From the NCBI GenBank assembly GCA_032718475.1, contig JAUCBJ010007171.1, positions 37,170 through 101,169 on the forward strand: 64,000 nucleotides of DNA, read 5' to 3'. The stretch comes from Nemertoderma westbladi (lineage: Eukaryota > Animalia > Xenacoelomorpha). A program made the translations under genes and the position numbers. Shown piece after piece: positions 27,101 through 39,048 of this stretch. How positions within the stretch are numbered: the stretch's first letter is position 1; each line of letters starts with the position of its first letter. The notes under the pieces were generated by a model, which saw only the letters and a program-made list of their open reading frames with translations, was not told the origin of the DNA and did not search any database.

Positions 27101-28767
27101 ATTATTTCAGGCTCATCTACTATAGTAGGGAGTCTTTCTATTTTAATTATTTGGTCTGTGGGTTCTGTACTACCTAAGTCTGGGTTAGTTAGTTGCTTTC
27201 TAACAGCTGGGGGCAAATCAGGCAATTTCTGACGGTGGGACATTCTTCTACGCCTACTTAGACGAGATCTATTTCCTCTGCCTTCAAGATCTGCGGTATC
27301 GCCTTCATCAGATGATGTATATCCCTGTCTTTTGGGAGTAGATCGACTCATCATCTGCATTTCACTAGCTGTTAACTGTTTATTTATGCAGTCTTGATTC
27401 TCTTGAATATTTTCCAACTCGAGTTGGGTGGTCTCTTCAGATGCTCTTCATTCTGCTTCTGCCACTGCCTCTGCCGCTTTTCTTTCCGCTTCGGCCGCTG
27501 CCACTGCCGCTTTTCTTTCTGCTTCGGCCGCTGCCACTGCCGCTTTTCTTTCCGCTTCTGCCGCTGCCACTGCCGCTGCTGCTGCTGTTTTCTTTCTGTC
27601 TTCTATACGTTTTTTCTTGACTTGTTCTTCTTGGACCCTAGCGATGCGGAGTCTTTCATCAAATTTAGCTTGGTTCGCAGCTATCATATCCGCATCGATT
27701 GCATCCAACACAAGCTTGGCTCCTTCACTATTAGGGCGAAGTCCAGACAGCCGTCTCCTCAACTCTTCGTCACCTACAAATCGTTGATAGTCTGACAGAT
27801 AGATGTCAATAGCATCCCTCTTATGCGGTTTCTCAGCTGTCGCTTCACTTTCCACTTGGGAAAAGGTAGCGTCTGTTGATTCTCCATGAGTTGAGCGCTC
27901 AGCCAGCCGAGCTGTCCACTGGGCCGTTCCTTGAACCTGGAGACTCACCCGCTGGAACCAAGTCTTTACAGCAACTTGCAACGACGTGTCTTGTTTTCTT
28001 TTAGAAGCCTCCTCAAAGGCCGATAAGATTAGTCGGATTCGTAGAATTCTTTCTCTAACTTGATAAAGCAGCTCTCCCTGCTCTTGAGGTCCTTGGGGTT
28101 GTCGAAACAGTTGTTCCTTTAATCGCTCCATAGAGCTGAAGAATCCTTGTACGTATCCTGCTGCGGACCTCTTCCACACAGCTGGATCGATGGTTTCTTT
28201 TGTTACTCCCATCCTGTGTATGTCTTCCCAGGCAGCTTCCGATAAGTCAAACGGTAGTCCGGGTCCGGGGAAGTTCCATTGCGACTCGACCATAGACTTC
28301 AGTTCTTCCCTTGTATATCCCGCATAACTATCCTTGGTCGATCGCTTACTTCTCACCCAATCAATCTGGTGTTCCTCCACCGCAATCAATACCCTAGTGA
28401 GTACGGCTGCAGGAAGGATGAGAAGGGGATCTGAATAAACTGCATCTGCCATCTCAGCTCCGCGCTCGGGTGTCAGCTCTACAGTATCAGCACTACTGGA
28501 GCTGTCGGGCCGCTGAGAAATAAGTTCTCGGCTCGAGTGTTGCTGCTGTTCCGCTGCTTCTTGGTCCCGCTTGACCTGAGCTCGAGTGCCTATGATAGAC
28601 CTATGGTGTTGGACTAGCCTAGGGTCTGATACTACTACTGGAGGGATGATCTTTCTTACAGTAGGAGGTGAATTGAACTTCGGTCTCGCGCGTTCCACAC
28701 TCCTGTCTGGGTCACAGATGGTTGTATCTAAGAGACTGTCTGACAGGTTTTGCTTTGTGTCGGACAT
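24163..28767 (-). pseudogene. gag: BEL gag-protease (element B), frameshifted
   Basis: ORFs 28767-27448, 27417-25978 and 25854-24163; triple knuckle and LLDSGS; close homolog of A. Confidence 0.92.
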
Positions 28768-28902
28768 GTTTGTTTGTACAGTGGAATGCCTACTGCTATA
28801 TTACAGTTAAAGTAAGTCTAGTAATTCAGTATCACCGTTAGCTTAGTAATTAATTACCGATATCGTTACTCTATGTAACGTGATATATATACAATATATT
28901 AG

Positions 28903-29275
28903 AATACCGGTATACACTTATAGTATATATATAAGTATTATTACAGACTAGGTTTGTCACAGAATACCGGTATAATTTCAGCACAAATATATATAAATAT
29001 ATAATAAGCCTATCGTGAATACCGGTATACAGCTTACACTTATAGTATATATAAGTATAATTATGGACTAGAATTAATTACAGGATACCGGTATAATTTC
29101 GGCCTAAATTTATAGAAATAAATATAATAAGCCTATTGTAAATACCGGTATGTAGCTTACACTTATAGTATATATAAGTATAATTATGGACTAGAATTAA
29201 TTACAGGATACCGGTATAATTTCGGCCTAACTTTATAGAAATAAATATAATAAGCCTATTGTAAATACCGGTATT
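28903..29275 (-). repeat. ~120-bp tandem repeat (3 units) in the element B leader, with two ATACCGGTAT palindromes per unit
   Basis: Repeated ATACCGGTAT...CACTTATAGTATATATAAGT...GACTAG...ATACCGGTATAATTTC...ATAATAAGCCTAT. Confidence 0.85.
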
Positions 29276-29377
29276 TCAATTATTTTAGAATAATTGAATT
29301 TCTGAATTTTAGGGGTTACTTGGTTACTTTACTTTACTTAATTACCGTTATTTAAGCAGTAGTCCAACTGACATTAA

Positions 29378-30092
29378 GGGGGGGGGTACACCATTTTCGG
29401 AGAACTCTTCGATTTATCACTCTCAGCGTTTCAAAATTGTTTGGTTTTGGCTATAATTTGGAATATAAGTGCCTAAGATGCTATTCTACATGACAGGTTA
29501 GAACATTTTTATTTTTCGCTATTTAATATTAGTTAATACTAGTTAACAACAAAAAAAACTTAGTTGCGCTTAAAACACTAAGGCTTTTACAGTTTTGAAT
29601 ATAATCACATGAAAATTTTTTTATATGATAGATCAAAGATGGGGCAACATAACTATCAGGCGAAATTTTGTGAAAATAATTCTGCACCGCTAGATGGCGC
29701 TGCAAATTTATGCCTAATTTTTAGGTTTGTTATAAATAGTATTAAATTTTATTAACAAATAATTTCGAAAAGTTGTCTGATACTTTTATGCAGGGTGGCT
29801 ATGTAGACATCCACAGAAAATTTCAGACTAATTGCTCAAAAATTATAGAAGTAGTAGGGTTTTGAAGTTGAAAATTTCATAAAAAAAATATTTTGAGATA
29901 ATCGACCTTTCATTCTACATAGTAATAGTAATTTCAATAGGATTCCCTAAATGGAAATTGTTATAACTGAAAAACTAAAAGAGCTATTAAAAAGCGGTTT
30001 TCAGATTTGGAAACACCATTCAATGGTGCATTATAATAGACCATAAATAAATAATTTCGACATATTTTTGACCAAAATGGTGTACCCCCCCC
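29378..30092. mobile_element. Non-autonomous DNA transposon (MITE), Kolobok-like
   Basis: TIRs G(8-9)TACACCATTTT / AAAATGGTGTAC(8) with TTAA on both sides (29374-77, 30093-96); GG..CC termini with a TTAA TSD fit Kolobok rather than piggyBac. Confidence 0.85.
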
Positions 30093-31192
30093 TTAAGACC
30101 TAATTGATGTAAGACAGGCCTACTATTTATAAATCGTTTGAGTTGATTTATAATATATATATACCCGTATAATGGGTTTTGTCAATATTTGAAATAAATG
30201 TTATTATTTCTAGGAAGGAGTCACTGCACAGAAGCTGTATGCTCTCAGTGAAGTGCTACTTGTTGGACACTAAAACAAATAATTCTAATTTACCTAAGTT
30301 ACTTAATACTACAAATTACGTATAATTCGGGGTGAGATTACAATCTCTAAATAAACATAAAAATTACACGTACGAATTTTTAGGGTAATTTTACAAGAAA
30401 TCTACAAACCAGCCTAACAAAGGGTTAGAAAATCTGGTTATTACAACGGACAGGGTACTACAGTATTTGAAAATAACAAAGCAGTAGTAAATATACTGCG
30501 TTGTCCAGATAGGAAAAATACCACCGTCTGACGACTTATAGCCATATCGCTATAAGTACTACGTTATGTATCACGGAGTGTTCCTACCTAGAAGTTAACT
30601 ACCGCGGTCTACCAGAACCAACGTGCCTATTAACCACTTTACAACACAAATATACTGCCTACACACTAATTACCTTCGGAAAGCACTGTACACTAAACCC
30701 TAAATTAGGTACAAGTACTTATACAACAAATAATCAGCAGTTAGAAATACTTGTACAGCTAAAAGAACCACGGTATCTGCTGGAGTGACCGGGGCACAAA
30801 ATCACCAGTCTTTACCTATGCCAAGCAGCCCTGATGTAGTACCGGAGTTAATTTAACTATAACGGTATATATAACAAGCACAATTACTGTAGGAATAAAC
30901 TTGGGGATATGAATGTTACGAATAATCGCATAAACTCTGAATAATAAATATTACGCTACCCGTACAGACTACACAAACAAAATACAGACCAAACGCTGGC
31001 AGACTACCATCAGGCCTAAACAAACTACAGTATATGCAGACTCCGAAATGGTTAGTTAGTATGCGTTCTAACCGAGTAGTACGACTTATTCTTTCGAGGG
31101 GATTTACCTCACAGCACTGGAAGCCCCTACGTTCCTAACTAGTACTTTATCGGATATACACTCTACACACACTGCAATCTCTTCAGACCTAA

Positions 31193-32127
31193 CAACAGTC
31201 AGACAACAATCTAGCCTACAAATCACCTGTACAATCTGAGCAGGCTTACACGTCTTCTGCTCAATATTAACCTACAAGTAAATAAAACTGACAGAAATAA
31301 GTAAGCTCCAAAAGAAACAAGTGGTGTACAGTCCCTAATCTCTTAAACAGCCTACCGGTATACAATATCACAATCGAAATAATACTAGTACCTGTACTGC
31401 AGTAAGTACCGGTTCGGGTGTTAGGTAGTTAGGCCTACTAGGTACCGGTTGGCCGGTACTTCAGCTTTATTGCCTACTGCAATACAGAAGCAATATCTGT
31501 TATTGTTCGCGCTTTCAGACCTTTAGCAGTTTAACCTGCCAAATTTAGATGTCTTCTAGATTATAAATCGACTTTAGCCTATGACAAATATTTGATACAC
31601 TACATTAGCCGAAGCCAGTCTATGCGCGACCATTCACCCGCTGGATATACCGCTTATCAACAGTCAGACAACAGTCCAGCCTACAAATTATCTGTATAAT
31701 CTGAGCAGGCTTACATGCCTTCTGCTCAATATTAGCCTACAAATAAATAAAACTGACAGAAATAAGTAAAATCCCAATAAAAAACCAGGGCGGGCCCTCC
31801 CTGATTAAATATCAAGACCTACCGGTATATAATTATCAAAATCGAATAATACTGCTGTACTTGTACTGCTGTAAGTACCGGTTCGGGTAGTTAGGCAGTC
31901 AGGCCTACTGATTACCAGTCGACCGGTACTTTAGACTGTATTTATTGCCTACACTACAATCATAACTCAATAACTGTTATTGTTCGCGCTTTCAGACCTT
32001 TAGCAGTTTAACCTGCCAAATTTAGATGTCTTCTAGATTATAAATCGACTTTAGCCTATGACGAGTATTTGATACACTACATTAGCCGAAGCCAGTCTAT
32101 GCGCGACCATTCACCCGCTGGATATAC
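31193..32127 (-). repeat. Diverged tandem duplication (477-bp period) spanning the 5' LTR end / PBS / leader junction of B
   Basis: LTR end TGTTCGCGCTTTCAGACC at 31504 and 31981; CAACAGTCAGACAACA at 31193 and ~31658. Confidence 0.85.
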
Positions 32128-33046
32128 CCGGGAGACTGGATTCGGAAGCTAGACCTTATTGCGGTGTAGGCCTACTGTATTATTCGACTGATCATTAATA
32201 TATAATTTCTGACCAATATTATTCACTTTCGGGAAATATTAACAGTTCCTTTAGGATGTGGCGCTCTAAATATGTAAACAGAGTTATGACTTACACTAGA
32301 CACAACGGGATGGCTATGGATTCACGTATAAAGCGCATTCTTTAGGAGATGCTTTGTTATCAATCACAATCATGCACACTACTGCACAATGCTGCACACC
32401 GATCTGCTGACCTTCACTAAATTTAGTCACATATAAAGAGAACAACGACCGATACATGTAGTGCCTATGAAATAGCATTAGATTCACTTCAAAACCACTT
32501 TAATGTAAGTCGCAATCGTTATATGTAACCGGTCTCTTACCTTCAGTATATCAAGAAGATTGGGGGTTTTATAATTATTTATCGATATTCCAAATATAAT
32601 AATATTCCATCAACTGATATAATTAATGACCGACAGTAAATAGCAGTAAAAATGCGGTGTTTGTAGTTGACAATATGATTAGGTGAGTTTGTTTGATATG
32701 ATATGGTATGTAGTGATATGATAACAGATATACGTTTCTATGATCAAGCCTACTAATGTTGGGCTAAAGCCTGAAAACACAGAGATTCCAAAGCCGGTCT
32801 TCTGGCATCAGGAAAAAAGGAAAAACATTGACCCATAATGCATTGCGCGATTTCCCGGAGGTTTCTGTACAAATAACAGGAGAATCGCTCTGATTGGTTG
32901 TCCGAACAAAGAAACAAAGGAAAAGCTACACGTGTACATATATATTATCTTTAATTCAGGCCCAACGGCCCATAGACATTACATAGGACAAATGGTATAA
33001 CTGCAATTAAATAATTTAAACTAATATAAGCTAATATAAATATATA

Positions 33047-35947
33047 CTATGAAATAGATTCTAAATTATGTTGGTAAAGCCGCAACGAAAGGTAAGACTG
33101 CCACAATTTAGAGGAGGCTTTGCAACCAAAATAAATTGAAGATAATAGTTTGTTATCAGATGACCTTACACGATTGAAAAGAGAGTATAGTGAAAATCGA
33201 TGAATATGCACAAACGATCTGAGATTGAGACTGACTAACATTGCACTAGCACTATCAAAAGGTGTGAACCCAAATAATTTACGTACTGCATTGTTTATAG
33301 CAACTGAGAGTCGCTTTAAAACGCTCTGTGTGTGATATCCATCAGCCCAAAGGGCATTACAGTAGATACTTGTACAATAAGATCTGAAAAGATGTAATTT
33401 GACATCGAAAGAGCACTTTGAAAATTTCCTGATTAACGAGTTAGATCTGGCATAAAATAACCGGGTTTGGTGTCTAATATCTGTGTCATCGCAAAAGTCG
33501 GAGGTAATTATATGGCCTAAGTACTTAAAAGATGTGACTGTTTCTAAGATTCTGGAACCAATTCGAAAAGTACTACAAACATTACTATTATCTCTCAAAC
33601 GACTATGAAATACCATACACTTACTTTTTACGAGATTAAATACGAGATTATTTTTTCCTGCAAAATCGATACAGATGTCAATAAGTTTTTGCAAACCATA
33701 TGGAGAATTTGCTACTATATTAAGGTCATCAGCGTACACAAAGTGATTGGTAGGTCTACCATTTATTTGACAGCCTACGTTACTGTTACCTAGCGATAAG
33801 GATAGATCGTTTAAAAAAATATTGAAGAAAACAGGAGAGGCCAAACTTCCTTGCCGAACACCGTTAGTACAGCGAAAGGGCTCTGAAGTGTGCCCCCCCC
33901 ACCGCGCGTACACAAGTTGATTAATATACCAATATACTAGAACACGAATTATATGTAAGGGAATTTTACGGTCGCACAGTTTACTAAATAGTGCGTTATG
34001 ATCTACGTAATCAAATGCCTTAGTGGCATCTAGGTAAGCAACAAATACATTCGATCCATGTAGCAAATAGTGATTGATAGTTTCCTTCAAGGAATAAACG
34101 CACAACTCAGTACCTAGCTTTTTTTTAAAACCGAATTGGTTGTCAGTAGTGTATAGGAATACTTCTATTCGCACCAAGAATACAATTTCAAATAATTTGC
34201 TAAAAATACTAGACAGAGAAATCGGGCGATAATTACCTTTGTCTGCTGTAGACGAATTTTTGTCCTTAATTATTGGTACAATAACCGATGTAATTAGACC
34301 TTGAGGCAAAAAGCCATGCACATTACAGGAAGTAAATAGCATAGCTAGTAAAACTGAAAGTTTTTCGGATGCAAATATCACATGTTCTCCAAAAACGTTA
34401 TCTATTCCAGGTGCTTTATGGGTGGAAAGTAATTTAATTGCCGAAATAATATCGCCAGTATGCACAACCATGTCCTTGGAGTACACGATTGTACTAAATT
34501 CATTAGACAGACTGTCCAGTATGGGAGCACCCTTACCGTTGTTAAAAATAGATTTATAATGACTACCCCAAAAATCGGCTATATTTTTTGTTCCACAATT
34601 GCCATCAATATTAGTGGCTAGCGGTGTGTTACACTGCGTGTCCTTTTTTAGTTTTTTCCAGAAATTATAGCTACTGTCAGATTCAAGCGATTTCGCAAAT
34701 TTATTGCTTCTAATTGTGTCAGCGGAGCGTTTACAGTGTCTTACAGCCTGTTTGAACCGAGAACGGGCTTGTATCATCCGCCGGTGCGATGCGCTATTGT
34801 CACGAGGGCAACTGTCAGCTTTCCAGTCTAGAAAAGCATCCCTAGACTCGTGGTGTAAATCACGGACTATGTCGTTCCATCCAGGTAGAGACTCGACTCC
34901 AGAATGTCCACAACTATACGGGATCGTATCATGTGAGGACAGTTTCAGCGATTCTTCGATATCATTAGCGAAATCATTCAATTCATTAAAATGATTAGAA
35001 CACTGAGCATCCTTACATTTAAGGGCCGCCCAAGGAATTTCGATTTGCGATAAGTAAACATCGGAGGCCGCCCTGTATTTCTCCAGGTCCTCTGCAGTGG
35101 TTTTATCCCACTGCGGCCGTGGCGTCGGAGTCGGAGTATCCTTCTCGTTGACGGCCGGGTTAACACTTGCAAAGTCCGCGCATATGTCACAACTTAACGG
35201 TATGTGGTCGGCAAAGCTCGACTCGTAGGCTATAGACACATTGGAAATAATACTCTTCATTGAATTTGTACAAACTATGTGGTCCAGCCAGGATGTTGTA
35301 TTGTGGGCAGTACTAACGAAGGTAAAAGAATCCTGAGGTAGCACCTCGCGATCCAGAATACATAAATTGGTTTCAGCGCACATAGCTGAAAGTTCTGAGA
35401 AGAATAACCTGGCAGGATGCGCGTTGAAGTCGCCCACCACGCAAATGTTGCCAATTGTCGCCGCCTCGATTATTGCATGTATTTTTCCTAAATAGTCCAG
35501 GTACTCATCTAGATTATCGTCACATTCATATGGCATATAAACGTTTATAATTGTAAAAGATGCTGAAGAGGGTGGTGACACTTTAATAATCATTAACCGG
35601 GGATCGGCTGTATCTTCGATTGTAATGTAGTTCGATAATTCGCGTCTCCAAAGGACTGCCAGTCCCCCGTAAGGGCGTCCAACCATGGGCCCATCGGAAA
35701 GGCAAACCGGTGACGAGCCTTTCGCATCAAACAGTGTCGAGATGCATTTTAGTTTACCAAGATCTTCCGTTGGGAGTAAGTGTTCTTGTACGAGAATGAT
35801 ATCTGAAGAGTTGCATAAACCTTTTATAACGATTTCACTATCTGCCGTTCTTATCGAGTTACAGTTATATGATGATAGTTTTAACTTCATGATGATAATA
35901 TATATACATAATGGATGAAGGGATATATTACGATGAACTGGATACAA
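33047..35947 (-). CDS. LINE ORF2: APE endonuclease plus reverse transcriptase
   Basis: SYNCN, LVQEH, NVYMP, GDFNA, WLDH, DHIP (APE); NYRPISL, QFGF, DATKAFD, GVRQG, YADD, FKYLG (RT); uninterrupted 966 aa. Confidence 0.95.
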   Translation of the reverse strand: MYPVHRNISLHPLCIYIIIMKLKLSSYNCNSIRTADSEIVIKGLCNSSDIILVQEHLLPTEDLGKLKCISTLFDAKGSSPVCLSDGPMVGRPYGGLAVLWRRELSNYITIEDTADPRLMIIKVSPPSSASFTIINVYMPYECDDNLDEYLDYLGKIHAIIEAATIGNICVVGDFNAHPARLFFSELSAMCAETNLCILDREVLPQDSFTFVSTAHNTTSWLDHIVCTNSMKSIISNVSIAYESSFADHIPLSCDICADFASVNPAVNEKDTPTPTPRPQWDKTTAEDLEKYRAASDVYLSQIEIPWAALKCKDAQCSNHFNELNDFANDIEESLKLSSHDTIPYSCGHSGVESLPGWNDIVRDLHHESRDAFLDWKADSCPRDNSASHRRMIQARSRFKQAVRHCKRSADTIRSNKFAKSLESDSSYNFWKKLKKDTQCNTPLATNIDGNCGTKNIADFWGSHYKSIFNNGKGAPILDSLSNEFSTIVYSKDMVVHTGDIISAIKLLSTHKAPGIDNVFGEHVIFASEKLSVLLAMLFTSCNVHGFLPQGLITSVIVPIIKDKNSSTADKGNYRPISLSSIFSKLFEIVFLVRIEVFLYTTDNQFGFKKKLGTELCVYSLKETINHYLLHGSNVFVAYLDATKAFDYVDHNALFSKLCDRKIPLHIIRVLVYWYINQLVYARWGGHTSEPFRCTNGVRQGSLASPVFFNIFLNDLSLSLGNSNVGCQINGRPTNHFVYADDLNIVANSPYGLQKLIDICIDFAGKNNLVFNLVKSKCMVFHSRLRDNSNVCSTFRIGSRILETVTSFKYLGHIITSDFCDDTDIRHQTRLFYARSNSLIRKFSKCSFDVKLHLFRSYCTSIYCNALWADGYHTQSVLKRLSVAINNAVRKLFGFTPFDSASAMLVSLNLRSFVHIHRFSLYSLFNRVRSSDNKLLSSIYFGCKASSKLWQSYLSLRLYQHNLESIS

Positions 35948-35961
35948 TAAACCAAATTCCC

Positions 35962-37134
35962 TTAGGAGCGACGTTGACGAGAGTCATTCCAGTCCCTAAT
36001 GAGTGCGTCTCTCGGCCACTTCTCAGCAGCCTCGTCGCCCTTTAGGGTATCAGCGACTGCCTTCGTACAGGTTACTACGAAGGAATTAAATTCCGAGATA
36101 TTTGTTTCTACCTTTTTACAAGTGATGGCGACATCGAATTCCGTGGACACAAACGATGTAACATCCTCCTCCTTTGTATCGGGATGCAGACGGGAGACGT
36201 ACAGCTTTGTACTGCGTGCGATGCCACGAAGCGATGTGGCGTCGTTCTTACCAAAAGTTGCAGGTTTCCTCCGCAAAGCAGGCCGTTGAAAAGGCTGGTA
36301 GGCTGGTAGGCGAGTTTGGCGGATTGGTCGCCCATCCCTGCCAACAGTATTCCATCCCTGCATTCCGCTGTGAATGCTTTCCTCTGATGTCTGTGTACCA
36401 TCCCGTGCAGCAACAGCATACGGCACCGGCATACTGGTTGTACCTGACCCACTGGGGCGCGACGGGTGATCATAGCGTGAAGCGTTCGGATTGAGAAACG
36501 AGTAGCGGGTCCCATCAACGGGTGAAGTAACTACAACCGTCGGAGTACCAGCCGCGTCAATCAACGTGACATCGTTGTCAATTAAAGGTGTACGACAATC
36601 CTGTGATGGATGCGAAGGAATAGATGAAGGAATAGATGCAGGAAGAAACGAACCAGGATCTGAACTCGCTGGTGGACTTGTCTCCAGCGTTTGAACCCTG
36701 TCTTTCAGAGACTTAACATCCCTTACAAGCTCCGCCAGTACTGCATTGGCAGGCAGAACGGGGGGAAGCTTTGTAAAGTCTGCTACAACGAAGCAGATTA
36801 ACGGTTGTATTTCAGTGAACTCTGAAGTCTCGAACATGTTTAGAATATCCGTTAATAAACGTTCACGTTTTTTTTCCCCTGTATGCTTTGTAGAGAACTT
36901 CTTATTAATCTCTCGTCTATTGTCCCCATTACTAGATATTGTATCCACTAGGACTGAACGGGCGGACTCTATGTTCTGCGTTGAGAATCCGGGCCATATC
37001 AACATAGTACTCAATATGTCATCGAATAATTCGCCTTGGGCAACACGAACCCACCCGAAACATAGAATCGCATTTTCTATGAGCGTTTTATTTTCCATTA
37101 GTCGACGACGAAGCCAAAACTCGGACGACAACAA
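35962..37134 (-). CDS. LINE ORF1 (coiled coil plus C-terminal RRM-like domain)
   Basis: Lies directly upstream of ORF2; KLYVSRLHPDTKEEDV...NSFVV...WP motif resembles LINE ORF1 C-termini. Confidence 0.8.
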   Translation of the reverse strand: MLSSEFWLRRRLMENKTLIENAILCFGWVRVAQGELFDDILSTMLIWPGFSTQNIESARSVLVDTISSNGDNRREINKKFSTKHTGEKKRERLLTDILNMFETSEFTEIQPLICFVVADFTKLPPVLPANAVLAELVRDVKSLKDRVQTLETSPPASSDPGSFLPASIPSSIPSHPSQDCRTPLIDNDVTLIDAAGTPTVVVTSPVDGTRYSFLNPNASRYDHPSRPSGSGTTSMPVPYAVAARDGTQTSEESIHSGMQGWNTVGRDGRPIRQTRLPAYQPFQRPALRRKPATFGKNDATSLRGIARSTKLYVSRLHPDTKEEDVTSFVSTEFDVAITCKKVETNISEFNSFVVTCTKAVADTLKGDEAAEKWPRDALIRDWNDSRQRRS

Positions 37135-37511
37135 TCAATATTCAGATATTATAATAAAATATATTTAAATATAAATATATAAATATAAATATCAGTACAG
37201 TAGGCTGGACAAAATATCCTGAAATATCCAAAATATCCAAAATATCTGTCAGTATATATCCCTCTCCATTCATAACACTACAGATCAGCTGTTAGCCGTC
37301 GTCATAGTAACTACACTGTGTCAAGAGGATTTTAGCGTATTGCGACATAAAATTGCTAGTTATGTCCGCTAAAGTACACATACAGAAGAAATTGCTTTTT
37401 ATGTCCACTAAAACACCGGTACAGTACGTAAACGGTTTTTTATGTCCGTTAAACCAACTACAGAGTACTTTGCGGGGAAAATAACCAGCTAATTCTGCAA
37501 AAGCTTTTACA

Positions 37512-38880
37512 GCCCTGGATTGTTAAATCCAGCCGACATTGCTTCTCGCGGCGCCACCCCTCAGGAACTGATAGATACTAAGTGTTGGTTCCAAGGACCT
37601 GCCTTTTTGCGAGGCCACGAAGATAGTTGGCCCCAAAACATAATGCCTGCAGAGATAAGGCAGCAAGTGAAAGGCGCAGAATTCGCTAAGTATAAGAACA
37701 AGGCGTCCAAATCAAAATTATTCAATAACATCGACATATCTTCACTACATGTGCGTGAGAGTGTGAGCCCGCAGACCACCCCAGATAGTGAAGCCCTCAT
37801 TACCCTCTCTGTTCCAGACTTGACTGACGGCCTTTCACCGCTCATTAGCAGGGCCATGGATCACTATAGTTCCTACACTTACTTTGTCGTGCCGTTACCA
37901 TACTGAAGCATTATGTGTACTACCACTGTAATAAAAACAAAATCACACAATGTAGATAATTGGTACACGAAGTAGACTATACAAACAGGCAGCTACTCCG
38001 ACTATCCCAAATGCAAGAAAAGGCTCCACCGTACGGATACCACCTCAAGCACCCCGCTATGCAGTCGAATGATAAATTCTCCAGCGTGATGTTCGACGGC
38101 CTAATCAGAGTGGGAGGTAGGCTTACAAATGCTCCCCTTTCCCGCGTCACAATATTTCCCATTATTATCTATGATCTCGCCATACAAACAAAAGATAATA
38201 CAGGATGTACACAATCGGTTGTTGCACGCTCGAAGGGAGCATATACTTATATTAGTGAAGTGCGCACTAGGTATTACTTTGTAAAACCCAGGAAAGCATT
38301 AAGTAAAGTTCTGCGTAGCTGTTTACCCTGTAAGAAACTGTATTTCCAACCCATGACTCAGTTAGAAGCTCCCTTACCTAAGTAACGTGTTAGCTGCTAC
38401 GAGCCTCCCTTTACACATACAGGTGTAGACTTATTTGTACCAATAGAAGTCAAGAGGGCTCGAACCATGGTTAAAAGATGGTGAGGCCCTCACACCAGCC
38501 CACTTTCTGATGAAAAAGAAAGTAGTGTTGTTGCCAGGTTGAGGTTGAGGACGGTGATGAGTTACTGCGACAGACCTGGAAGATGACTCAACTGCTGTCA
38601 AGCCGATTCGAGAACCACATTGAGCGATTTTATCTTCCCAGCATACAACTCAGGAACAAATGGTTTTCCGTGAAAGACAACGCCAGAGTAGGCGACATGG
38701 TATTAGTAGTGGATCCTGATCTCCCACGGAAATATTGGCAGACAGCGCGCGTAGTAGAAACTACTACGTCCGTCCTATAGGCCACCTCTGCCTGCTAGAA
38801 ATGGCACGCGAAGAATCTGGCAACTACGGCAAGCAAGAAGTCAAGCTGACAGACTTGACATATTTTCTATTGGATTAGTT
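37512..38880 (+). pseudogene. pol: Element C RNase H-integrase remnants
   Basis: NPADIASRG, WFQGPAFL, GLIRVGGRL, CLPCKK, PFTHTGVD, GDMVLV and YWQTARV motifs. Confidence 0.85.
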
Positions 38881-39048
38881 AACTCCCTTGGAACGTTTGA
38901 GTGCACTGCATATCACACTCAAGTGTGGGAACGGGATATGTGTCGTTAACCACTGACCCCCATACGTTTTTTAATAATATGCCATATATTCAGATTGACA
39001 GGCTAACATAATTTATTCTTACATCGCTTCCATCCCCAAAAAACAATA

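Larger units (their letters stand above)
32939..37278 (-). mobile_element. Full-length APE-type non-LTR retrotransposon (CR1/L2-group or RTEX-like; clade not resolved)
   Basis: Intact ORF1 and ORF2, 3' UTR ending GGCC..GGCCTGAATTAAA, possible short TSD TACA (32935-38 / 37279-82); LTR sequence resumes on both sides. Confidence 0.88.
16872..37511 (-). mobile_element. BEL/Pao element B (same family as A), nested in element C
   Basis: LTR, long leader, gag-PR-RT-RH, partly deleted IN, accessory ORF, PPT and LTR on the minus strand; the right end interrupts C RNase H (C|PGLLNPADIASRG). Confidence 0.9.
31981..37511 (-). repeat. 5' LTR of element B (31981-32938 plus 37283-37511), split by a LINE
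   Basis: Begins TGTAAAAGCTTTTGC at 37511 and ends GCGCGAACA at 31981; homologous to the A LTR and the B 3' LTR. Confidence 0.85.
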
